From positions 870,001 to 902,000 of the forward strand of contig NC_000917.1 of the NCBI RefSeq assembly GCF_000008665.1: a stretch of 32,000 nucleotides of DNA, read 5' to 3'. This document shows positions 8,070-19,282 of this stretch, one piece after another. The notes under the pieces are model-generated. The model had not been told where the DNA came from, ran no database searches, and saw only the letters and a list, made by a program, of their open reading frames with translations. This stretch comes from Archaeoglobus fulgidus DSM 4304 (GTDB lineage: Archaea; Halobacteriota; Archaeoglobi; Archaeoglobales; Archaeoglobaceae). Position 1 is the stretch's first letter. Each line of letters starts with the position of its first letter. Made by a program: the position numbers and the translations under genes.

Positions 8070-9725
8070 ATGGAGATTGAGAGATATATCGTTCCAAAGG
8101 AGACTTGGCCCGAGATAATAATTCCTGTCGAGGTGCAGGAGTATATTGGAGAGAGGAAGGAGCTGAATCTGGCTGAAGAGTTGCTTGACCGAAATATCAG
8201 GGAAGGGCGAGGCAGAAAGGTGGCTGTTTACTTTGAGGACAGGAGAGTAACTTACAGAGACCTCTACAGGCTGAGCAACAAGATTGCCAACTTCCTTGTT
8301 GGGATAGGCGTCCAACCGTATGATAGAGTCGGTTTCAGAACGAGGAACATGCCGGAAGCAATTGCAGTGAACTTCGGCATAATGAAGGCAGGAGCCATTC
8401 CTGTGCCTCTAAACCCAATGTGGGCGGGCAAGGAGGTGTCATTCGTCTCGAACAACGCTGAAATTAAGGCCTTGTTTGTCAGCGGTGACGAGAGAGTATT
8501 CCCGGCGGTGAATGAGGTCAAGGATGAGATCAAGACTGCAAAGGCCATGGTTGTGATGGATGGGGAGAAGGAGGGCTTCATCCCCTTCTCGGAGGTTACG
8601 GCTGAGAGTGCGAAGTTTGACCCAATACTGCTCAAAATCGGAACCCCAGCACTGATTCTCTACACCTCTGGCACAACAGGCTTGCCAAAGGGCTGTGTGC
8701 ACTTCGTTGAGAATGTGATATCATCAGTCTACCTCGTGGGCAAGCACGTCTGGAAGCTCACACCAGATGACGTTGTTGGAGGGCCCGCTCCGGTAAGCTT
8801 TGCGATGGGCTACGGCAACGGCTGCCTAATTCCCTACTTCCACGGTGCTGCAGCGAGCATCTGGCCGAGATTCAGCGTTGAGAACTTCTTCAAGTACGTG
8901 GAGGAGCACGGCATCACAGTCTTTTCCTCACTTCCAACATCCTACAGAATGATTCTCGCCGACCCCAAGCTGGAGGAGTACATGAACAAGTACGACATCA
9001 GCAGTCTGAGGCTCTTCACGGGCGGTGGAGAAGCTTTGGGTGCTGAGACGGCAAAGAGGTGGAAGGAGGTCTTCGGAATGGACATCTACGAGTCTCTGGG
9101 TGCTACAGAGATGCTGCACATCTGTATCGCCAACGCCTGCGCTCCCAAGCCCGTTGCTGGAAGCATAGGTTTTCCAGTGCCGGGCTATATTGCTAAGATA
9201 GTTGACCCTGAAACTGGAAAGGAGTGCGGGGCAGATGAAGTGGGGAGCTTATACATCAAAGGTCCGACCGGAATAAGATACTGGAATCACCCATCGAGAG
9301 ACCTGAGCGAGAAGCAGGCGAAGAGTGTGAAGAACGGCTGGAACGTGCTCGGAGACTTCGTCAGGAAAGATGAAAACGGCTACATATACTTCGTTTCCAG
9401 AGATGACGACCTAATCAAGTCCAGCGGCTACAGAATCGGGCCAGATGAAATAGAGCAACCCCTCAACACCCATCCGGCAGTTGCCGAGTGTGCTGTCATA
9501 GGCGTTCCTGACCCAGAGGGAATCAGGGGACAGGTAGTGAAGGCCATAATAAGGCTCAAGGAGGGTTATACTCCAGACGAGAAGCTCAAGGAGGACATTT
9601 TAGCCTTCCTTGAAAAGCACATCGCCAAGTACAAGCTACCGAGGATAATTGAGTTTACGGATAAACCTCTGCCAAGAACACCCACAGGAAAGCTGCTGAG
9701 AAGGCTGTTGAAGCAGAGTAGCTGA
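8070..9725 (+). CDS. AMP-dependent acyl-CoA synthetase/ligase (ANL superfamily; substrate unknown)
   Basis: YTSGTTGLPKG, GYGNG, YRIGPDEIE and C-terminal LPRTPTGKLLRRLL motifs. SD GGGGTGA upstream. It lies 4 nt after the acs stop. Confidence 0.85.
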   Translation: MEIERYIVPKETWPEIIIPVEVQEYIGERKELNLAEELLDRNIREGRGRKVAVYFEDRRVTYRDLYRLSNKIANFLVGIGVQPYDRVGFRTRNMPEAIAVNFGIMKAGAIPVPLNPMWAGKEVSFVSNNAEIKALFVSGDERVFPAVNEVKDEIKTAKAMVVMDGEKEGFIPFSEVTAESAKFDPILLKIGTPALILYTSGTTGLPKGCVHFVENVISSVYLVGKHVWKLTPDDVVGGPAPVSFAMGYGNGCLIPYFHGAAASIWPRFSVENFFKYVEEHGITVFSSLPTSYRMILADPKLEEYMNKYDISSLRLFTGGGEALGAETAKRWKEVFGMDIYESLGATEMLHICIANACAPKPVAGSIGFPVPGYIAKIVDPETGKECGADEVGSLYIKGPTGIRYWNHPSRDLSEKQAKSVKNGWNVLGDFVRKDENGYIYFVSRDDDLIKSSGYRIGPDEIEQPLNTHPAVAECAVIGVPDPEGIRGQVVKAIIRLKEGYTPDEKLKEDILAFLEKHIAKYKLPRIIEFTDKPLPRTPTGKLLRRLLKQSS

Positions 9726-9762
9726 TTTTTCTTTTTTTAAAAAGAATATTTTTTATTTTTTG
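9724..9762 (+). terminator. Multiple oligo-T tracts ending the 922-9725 gene block
   Basis: TGATTTTTCTTTTTTTAAAAAGAATATTTTTTATTTTTTG: four T5-T7 runs within 40 nt of the stop codon. Confidence 0.45.
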
Positions 9763-9869
9763 ATGTCGATTTTAACATTTTCTAAATTGGCCGCGTTCTT
9801 GAGAAATCTTCAATTTCTACAAATTTTCTTAAAAATTCTTCAGTAAATTCTCTAATTCATGCAAAAAAC

Positions 9870-9877
9870 TTTTAAAT
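9870..9877 (+). promoter_or_regulatory. TATA box of amt-glnK (probably a leaderless mRNA)
   Basis: TTTTAAAT is preceded by the purine-rich GCAAAAAAC (BRE-like). The amt ATG at 9899 lies 22 nt downstream of the box end, and there is no SD. Confidence 0.45.
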
Positions 9878-9898
9878 CTGGCATGAAATCCTGAGTAC

Positions 9899-12017
<2,119 letters not shown>

Positions 12018-12025
<8 letters not shown>

Positions 12026-12670
12026 ACTCTCCCCTGAATTTTCTGCTCAAAACTCTCTCAACAGCCCCGGCAAAGGCGTCGAGCAATACAGCAAGAATCC
12101 CAACCCATAAACCCGCAACGAGTATGAGGAGCTTGTCGTAGAGATGAATCCCCGTCTGAAGTGGTGCTCCAAGCCCACCTGCAGCAATTAACCCTCCCAG
12201 AGTAACCACACCCATCGTGAAAACCACCGCAATCCTGATTCCTCCCATGATTAGGGGAAGAGCCAAGGGGAATCTCACCTTCAGCAGAATTTCCCTCTCA
12301 GACATCCCTATTGCCCTCGCAATCTCGATGTACTCCTCGCTGACTGTAACAAGGCCTGTGTAAGTGTTCCTTGCTATGGGGAGAATGGAGTAGAGTATAC
12401 ATGCTGCAATTGTTGGAACCATTCCCAAACCGAGAATTGGGAGTAGGAGGACCAGCAGAGCAAGAGTGGGAATCGTTTCGATGACATTCAGAGCGTTGAA
12501 GGTGAGGCTCTCAATCTTGCGGTGCCTGTAAATCAAAACGCCGAGGAGCACTCCCACAATGACTGACACTGCGAGGGAGACTGAAAACATGTAGAGGTGT
12601 TCGAGAGTTCTCTCCGTAAGCCTGTGAAGCTCCCAGATTTCAATAAGGGTGGTTAAAAAGCTGCCGTCGG

Positions 12671-12674
<4 letters not shown>
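12018..12674 (-). CDS. proW: Glycine betaine/proline betaine/choline ABC transporter permease, subunit 1
   Basis: 218 aa. EAA loop TVSEEYIEIARAIGMSEREILLKVRFPLALP. 4-nt overlap with the ATPase gene. Confidence 0.85.
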
Positions 12675-14649
<1,975 letters not shown>

Positions 14650-14832
14650 TTAAATGATAAATCCCTTATAAAAGCTTTTTGAGGTTCGGACTCTAGCGTG
14701 ATATCTCAAATTTTACAATTACATTTTCCTTGTCACCTGAAAGATTTCCGCATGTTTGTTAGCTTTCTCACGTGGCAATCTTGTTGGGGGTACAAAGATA
14801 TTATGGGATGCGCTTTCAATTAGAGAGCAAAA

Positions 14833-14840
14833 TTTTAAAA
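14833..14840 (+). promoter_or_regulatory. TATA box upstream of the PAS/HK remnant
   Basis: TTTTAAAA ends 20 nt upstream of the ATG at 14861, with no SD (leaderless geometry). Confidence 0.35.
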
Positions 14841-14860
14841 GATGAAGAAAAACCCCACTT

Positions 14861-15147
14861 ATGGAGCAATTATACAACATTCTGGACAACTTAAACCTCA
14901 TTACCTTCCTAATAACTCCCGATTTTGAGATAACATACGAGAATAGGAAAGCAAAAGAAATTTTTGGAGATGTTGTTGGAAAGAAGTGTTACGAGGTTAT
15001 GCATGGTCTGACATCATCACCAACCTTCTGCAGAATAATCGCAGCTCAAATAAGCTATTAATGGACAGATATGGGGGTAAAATTACAATAAGGGATAACG
15101 AACCACAAGGAACGATTTTTGAATTAAAACTAAAATGTCCTGAGTGA
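14861..15147 (+). pseudogene. Remnant of a PAS-domain sensor histidine kinase (PAS N-terminus + HATPase_c C-terminal tail; middle deleted, frame broken)
   Basis: ORF1 (14861-15061) is MEQLYNILDNLNLITFLITPDFEITYENRKAKEIFGDVVGKKCYEVMHG..., the first ~60 aa of a PAS fold. The overlapping ORF2 (15061-15147, TAATG junction) is MDRYGGKITIRDNEPQGTIFELKLKCPE, the extreme C-terminus of an HATPase_c domain (..hGG.I.v.s.pg.GT.F.f.L.). The HisKA domain and the N/G1/G2 boxes are absent. Confidence 0.5.
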
Positions 15148-15171
15148 AAATCCCTCAATTCACTCTACAAC

Positions 15172-15804
15172 TCAAATTACCCTGTCAGCGGTAATCATCG
15201 AGAGTGTTGCAATGATTCCGTCATAAGCAACAACGAAAAGGATTCTGAAGAAGTCAAGATATCCTGTTAAAGCATTATCAACGATTACAACGGTGGAGCT
15301 TATCAGCGGGAAGATGACAGGGAAAAGCACAACTGGCAGAAGCATCTCCCTTGCTCTGGAGTGGGAAAGGAGGGGGGAGAGGGATGTGATTGAGACGGAC
15401 AAAGCAGCGTTGCAGACAGCAAATGCTGCAAACGCGGAGATAAAGTTGCCTTCGACGTCGAAGAGGGCGTAACAGATGGGAAAAATTAATGCCTGAACGG
15501 AAAGCATGAGGCAGAGGTTGAAAACTACCTTCCCACCAATTATCTCCTGAGGCGTTAGCGGAGAGGCTTTAAGACCTTCAATCGTCCCAGAATCGTACTC
15601 TTTTAAAAAGGAGGTGGAGTAGCCAAGCATTCCGGTAAGGAAGAAAATGATGAGGAGGAGAGGTGAAAACAGCTCACCCGGCTTCGGAATTGCTGCGCTG
15701 AAAAGAAATGCCGCTGTTAGGCTGAAAAGGAGCATCAAACTGATGTTCGACTTGGCCTTAAGCTCAAGCCTTAAGTCCTTCTTTGCAAGCTCAAGCAACC
15801 TCAT
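15172..15804 (-). CDS. ABC-2 type exporter permease, CcmB-like
   Basis: Six predicted TM segments. The N-terminus MRLLELAKKDLRLELKAKSNISLMLLF resembles the CcmB start (..FRLELRVAFR..). The track start at 15858 would overlap the ATPase gene by 68 nt. The ATG at 15804 has GGAGG 6 nt upstream (14-nt overlap), so I prefer it. Confidence 0.6.
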   Translation of the reverse strand: MRLLELAKKDLRLELKAKSNISLMLLFSLTAAFLFSAAIPKPGELFSPLLLIIFFLTGMLGYSTSFLKEYDSGTIEGLKASPLTPQEIIGGKVVFNLCLMLSVQALIFPICYALFDVEGNFISAFAAFAVCNAALSVSITSLSPLLSHSRAREMLLPVVLFPVIFPLISSTVVIVDNALTGYLDFFRILFVVAYDGIIATLSMITADRVI

Positions 15805-16444
15805 TAATGGCCTCCAAAGCTCTTTCAAAGCTACCTCCATTGTAAACGAGCTGTCCATCCCGCAAAACGATGAAGGCCTCGCAAACTTTGGCCTCGTTAA
15901 GATTGTGAGTTGTAAAGAGCAGTGTCCCTTGGAAAGTACCTACAATTTCGAGAACTTTTTTTCTTACTGTCGCATCAAGTCCAGACGTCACCTCGTCGAG
16001 AATAAGCAAATCCGGGTCGTTTATTAGGGCTTTAGCCATTGAAACCCTCTGCAAGTAACCCCTGGAAAGCTCACTGACCTTAGTGTCAAGATACTCCAAA
16101 AAGTCGAATTTCCGAGCTAACTCTTCCAGTTTGGGTTTACTGTTGTATATTCCCGCGTAGAATTCTAAATTTTCCCTAACCGTAAGCTCTCCGTAGAGCA
16201 TTGGATTGTGAGTGGCAATGCCAATCCTCTCCCTCACATCCGGAGAGGCAGAAGGGTCCTTTCCGAAAACCTTTACCTCACCCTCGGTTGGCCTTAGTAT
16301 TCCTGCAACCATTTTAACCAGAGTTGACTTTCCCGCACCGTTTTGTCCAAGTACAGCTACCCTTCCAGCGTCAACTTCGAAATTGAGGTTCTTTAAGACG
16401 AGTTTCCTTCCGAATCGCTTCGAGAGATTTCTAACCTCTATCAT
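15791..16444 (-). CDS. ABC transporter ATP-binding protein (ABC-2/CcmA-like exporter ATPase)
   Basis: Walker A GQNGAGKST, a degenerate signature LSRGYLQRVSMAKAL, Walker B LLILDEVTSGLD, H-loop TTHN. It starts 8 nt after the hisB stop. Confidence 0.85.
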   Translation of the reverse strand: MIEVRNLSKRFGRKLVLKNLNFEVDAGRVAVLGQNGAGKSTLVKMVAGILRPTEGEVKVFGKDPSASPDVRERIGIATHNPMLYGELTVRENLEFYAGIYNSKPKLEELARKFDFLEYLDTKVSELSRGYLQRVSMAKALINDPDLLILDEVTSGLDATVRKKVLEIVGTFQGTLLFTTHNLNEAKVCEAFIVLRDGQLVYNGGSFERALEAINEVA

Positions 16445-16452
16445 ACTGCATC

Positions 16453-16989
16453 TCAGTCCAGAACTCCCTTCGCGCTTCTGTAATCATTTCCATTTTTTGT
16501 CAAAGCTTTTTTCAGCGATATAGCAACTGCCTTAACCGCAGCCTCCATTTTGTGGTGGGAATTGCTCCCCTTAACGCTAAGGTAAACGTTCAAGCCAGCA
16601 TTTCTGCAGAGGGTGTCGAGGAAGTGGAGAAAGTCCTCTTCCCTCATCTCACCATCCCCAAAAGTCCCCTCCACCACAAGCACGCCTCTCCCGCTGAAGT
16701 CGAGACCGCAGATTGCTACAGCATCATCCATTGGAACGATGGCATCTCCAAACCTCTCCAAACCCTTTTTATCCACCCCGGCAAGAGCCTTTCCGAGCGC
16801 GATGGCAACATCCTCTATAACGTGGTGCTCAAGGTCTCCCTTTGCCTTCACTCTCAGCTTTATCCCGGAGTGCCTTGAAAGCGTTTTCAGCATGTGGTCG
16901 AGAAAAGCGATGCCAGTATCAACTTTCAGCTCTTCTCCAAGAACGACTTCCACCTCTGTCTCCTCCGTTTTCCTGCTAAACTTTTTCAT
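16453..16989 (-). CDS. hisB: Imidazoleglycerol-phosphate dehydratase
   Basis: RKTEETEVEVVL...DTGIAFLDHMLKTLSRHSGIKLRVKAKGDLEHHVIEDVAIALGKAL...HHKMEAAVKAVA: the IGPD Mn-binding His/Glu motifs. Confidence 0.9.
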   Translation of the reverse strand: MKKFSRKTEETEVEVVLGEELKVDTGIAFLDHMLKTLSRHSGIKLRVKAKGDLEHHVIEDVAIALGKALAGVDKKGLERFGDAIVPMDDAVAICGLDFSGRGVLVVEGTFGDGEMREEDFLHFLDTLCRNAGLNVYLSVKGSNSHHKMEAAVKAVAISLKKALTKNGNDYRSAKGVLD

Positions 16990-17692
16990 ACTCCACCTTT
17001 ATTGCTTCCTCAAATTTAAGCTTTTTAGTGTACAAAGCCGAGCCAATCACAACTCCTGCAGCCCCAACCCTCTTTGCGAATCTGATGTCCTCTATGCTGC
17101 TAATCCCTCCCGCGACGTAAACCGGATTTCTGAGGCTTTTCACAACTTCCTCAATTCTTTCCCTCTCTATTCCGGAAACCAGCCCCTCAACATCGATGTT
17201 GGTGTAGAGGAATGAAACGTCGAGGTCATCATAGAGCTCTGCAAGCTGCACGGGTGTAAGCTCCACCACCTCCTTCCAGCCCTTCACAGCAACTCTGCCC
17301 TTCTTCGAGTCTATGGCAACCATGACCCTCCCCTTCCATTTCTTGGCGAACTCTCTGAGCTCCTCAACCCTCTCTACAGCAATCGTCCCGAAAATAACCC
17401 TGTCCACACCAAGCTCAAAAAGTCTCTCAGCAACTCTGAAATCCCTTATTCCCCCACCAACCTGCACCTCTGCCATTTTCGCAATCTCAGCGATAATCTC
17501 CTCGTGCCTCAGCCTTCCCTGAAAGGCGCCGCTCAAATCAATGACGTGCAAAACCTTCGCTCCTATCTCAACCCATTGCTTTGCAACTTCAATGGGGTTG
17601 GTAGCCTCAAAGGTTACCTCATCCTCTTTACCCTGCCTCAACCTTACAACCTTCCCATCCTTGAGGTCTATGGCGGGAATAACTCGAAACAT
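16976..17692 (-). CDS. hisA: ProFAR isomerase (1-(5-phosphoribosyl)-5-[(5-phosphoribosylamino)methylideneamino]imidazole-4-carboxamide isomerase)
   Basis: MFRVIPAIDLKDGKVVRLRQGK...HVIDLSGA...VQVGGGIR...VAIDSKKGRVAVKGW...YTNIDVEGLVSG...AGGISS: HisA-type rather than HisF-type N-terminus. 14-nt overlap with hisB. A TATA-like TAATTTTTTAA lies about 26 nt upstream with no SD. Confidence 0.9.
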   Translation of the reverse strand: MFRVIPAIDLKDGKVVRLRQGKEDEVTFEATNPIEVAKQWVEIGAKVLHVIDLSGAFQGRLRHEEIIAEIAKMAEVQVGGGIRDFRVAERLFELGVDRVIFGTIAVERVEELREFAKKWKGRVMVAIDSKKGRVAVKGWKEVVELTPVQLAELYDDLDVSFLYTNIDVEGLVSGIERERIEEVVKSLRNPVYVAGGISSIEDIRFAKRVGAAGVVIGSALYTKKLKFEEAIKVEYEKV

Positions 17693-17722
17693 CTTAAGGA
17701 GTGGGAAGAAAAGGTTAAAAAA

Positions 17723-18115
17723 TTATTTGATGCAGACAACAGGCTGCTTTGCGTGCAGTATAACCTGCTGAGCAACACTGCCGAAGAGCAATTTACCAGC
17801 AGGCCTCCTTTTTCTCACTCCTATCACAATCATCGAGGCTTCAACTTCATCAGCAAACTCCACTATGTCCTCTTCCGGCTCCTTGCCCCTCACGAGCAGA
17901 TGCTTCTCGGCCTCAACACCCCTGTTCTCAGCAAGACTTACGACGTAGTCCAGCAACCTCTCGCCTGCTTCAATCTCCTTTGCACTCGTTTTATCCCCAC
18001 CGTAGAGGGAGTGAACGAAGAGAAGCTTCTCTCCCCTCAATTTCGCCTCCTCAATGGCAAAATCCACGACCCTTGGTGTTCTGTCTGAGTGGTCCACAGC
18101 GACAACAATTGCCAT
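17723..18115 (-). CDS. Universal stress protein (UspA family)
   Basis: 130 aa. IVVAVDHSD...VVDFA...A...LLFVH...IVIGVRKRRPAGKLLFGSVAQQVILHAKQPVVCIK contains the UspA ATP-binding G-x2-G-x9-G[ST] motif. Confidence 0.85.
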   Translation of the reverse strand: MAIVVAVDHSDRTPRVVDFAIEEAKLRGEKLLFVHSLYGGDKTSAKEIEAGERLLDYVVSLAENRGVEAEKHLLVRGKEPEEDIVEFADEVEASMIVIGVRKRRPAGKLLFGSVAQQVILHAKQPVVCIK

Positions 18116-18120
18116 AAAAC

Positions 18121-18143
18121 TGATAATAAATCACTTATAAATA
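18121..18143 (-). promoter_or_regulatory. usp promoter: TATA (TTTATAA on the - strand, 18135-18141) followed by the inverted repeat TGAT-N5-ATCA (18121-18133)
   Basis: The - strand reads CTATTTATAAGTGATTTATTATCAGTTTATG. The TATA centre is about 23 nt from the ATG (18115), with no SD. Confidence 0.4.
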
Positions 18144-18192
18144 GCTTTGTCCGGAGGTAGGGATTGATGGTTTCAATAACTATTTTGAAAAA

Positions 18193-18212
18193 CTTTTTAT
18201 TGATAAATCAAT
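18193..18212 (+). promoter_or_regulatory. TAXI-TRAP promoter: TATA-like CTTTTTAT overlapping the 14-bp palindrome ATTGAT-AA-ATCAAT (18199-18212)
   Basis: AACTTTTTATTGATAAATCAATCTTCATTAATCTATG. The ATG at 18225 has no SD. The core GATAA(N)ATCA is shared with the usp promoter element. Confidence 0.4.
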
Positions 18213-18224
18213 CTTCATTAATCT

Positions 18225-19268
18225 ATGAAGAGGTTGGCGGTGGTGCTTTGCCTAATCGTGATTGGAGTTTTTTTAGCCGGCTGTGCTGCAGAGGAGAAGC
18301 CTGAGGGAGCAACAACCCCTAAGGTAGAGGTTAAGCCGTGGAGCTGGGCTACCTGTGACCCGTCCTGCTACGCTTACAGAGTAGTAACTGGAATTTTCGA
18401 TGCGGTGAAGGATGACGTCCCAGGCTACGAGTTTTCTGTTAAACCCTATTCCTCAACAACTGCAGCTATTAAAGGATTCTGCAACGGTGAAGCTGAGAGT
18501 GCCTATATTGCTGACCTGGCAGCCAAGAACCTTTATGAGTCAACCGGGTCTTTTGAGGGATTCGTGTGTGAACAAAAGCCCGTTCAGACATTCTGGGCTT
18601 ACACCATGGAGACTTTCCTCGTCACAACAAAGGAGAACGCTGAGAATATCAGGAGCTGGAGTGACCTTGATGGAAAGTCAGTTTACCTCACCCCTGCGGG
18701 ATACATGAACCATCTGAACCTCAGAAGAGCCTTCGCCGTTCTCGGAGTGGAGCCGCAGCACACAGAGGTTGACTCAAAGTTCGTCTGCAAGGCCCTCGAA
18801 GAGGGAACGATTGTGGCAACAGGTCTTTACACCACAGCCGGAGTCTCTCTGCCCACATGGGGGCAGGAGCTGACCATAGCCTGCAAGGACAAGCTTGTTG
18901 TAATCAAAATGAGCGACGAGGAGAAGCAGAAAATCATGGCCAAGTACGGGGTCAAAGAGATTGATGTGAGCAAGTGGGGCATTGAGGGGACTGCAGATGC
19001 GGTTCCGTTCTACTTCGGATTCCACACAAGCCTGAATACACCTGAAGATGCGGTTTACAATCTGTTAAAGGCTCTGGAGAAGAATTCAGACAAACTCGCT
19101 CAGGTTGACCCAGGACTTGAACCTCTCGCCAAGAACGTTGCGGAGTTCCAGGTTGGAGGAATAAAGTCTGCTGACCCAAGCGTTATGCCCATTCATCCTG
19201 GTCTGGCGAAGTATTTGAAGGAAAAGGGGTTGTGGAACAGCGAGTGGGATCAGTACATAGCCAAGTGA
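18225..19268 (+). CDS. TRAP transporter solute-binding lipoprotein, TAXI family
   Basis: Signal peptide plus lipobox MKRLAVVLCLIVIGVFLAGC|AAE. About 320-aa periplasmic-binding fold, immediately followed (SD GGAGGTG) by a fused TRAP membrane component, which is the TAXI-type architecture. Confidence 0.75.
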   Translation: MKRLAVVLCLIVIGVFLAGCAAEEKPEGATTPKVEVKPWSWATCDPSCYAYRVVTGIFDAVKDDVPGYEFSVKPYSSTTAAIKGFCNGEAESAYIADLAAKNLYESTGSFEGFVCEQKPVQTFWAYTMETFLVTTKENAENIRSWSDLDGKSVYLTPAGYMNHLNLRRAFAVLGVEPQHTEVDSKFVCKALEEGTIVATGLYTTAGVSLPTWGQELTIACKDKLVVIKMSDEEKQKIMAKYGVKEIDVSKWGIEGTADAVPFYFGFHTSLNTPEDAVYNLLKALEKNSDKLAQVDPGLEPLAKNVAEFQVGGIKSADPSVMPIHPGLAKYLKEKGLWNSEWDQYIAK

Positions 19269-19282
19269 TCGGAGGTGGCTGA

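Noticed and set aside
9763-9846. A 27-codon ORF (MSILTFSKLAAFLRNLQFLQIFLKILQ) in the acyl-CoA ligase / amt intergenic region.
   Set aside because: It has no SD or properly spaced TATA and lies within the terminator/promoter A/T repeats. An open frame of this length can arise by chance. I kept the region as a regulatory-repeat finding instead.
14719-14901. A 60-aa - strand ORF overlapping the start of the PAS remnant.
   Set aside because: No family resemblance. It overlaps the TATA box and start of the + strand remnant, and it lies in decaying AT-rich DNA where spurious ORFs are expected.
16552-18088. + strand ORFs of 108, 200, 69, 194 and 76 aa across the hisB/hisA/usp region.
   Set aside because: All are antisense to genes with unambiguous family signatures. 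They are low-complexity (Ser/Pro/Leu-rich) and lack SD or TATA context.
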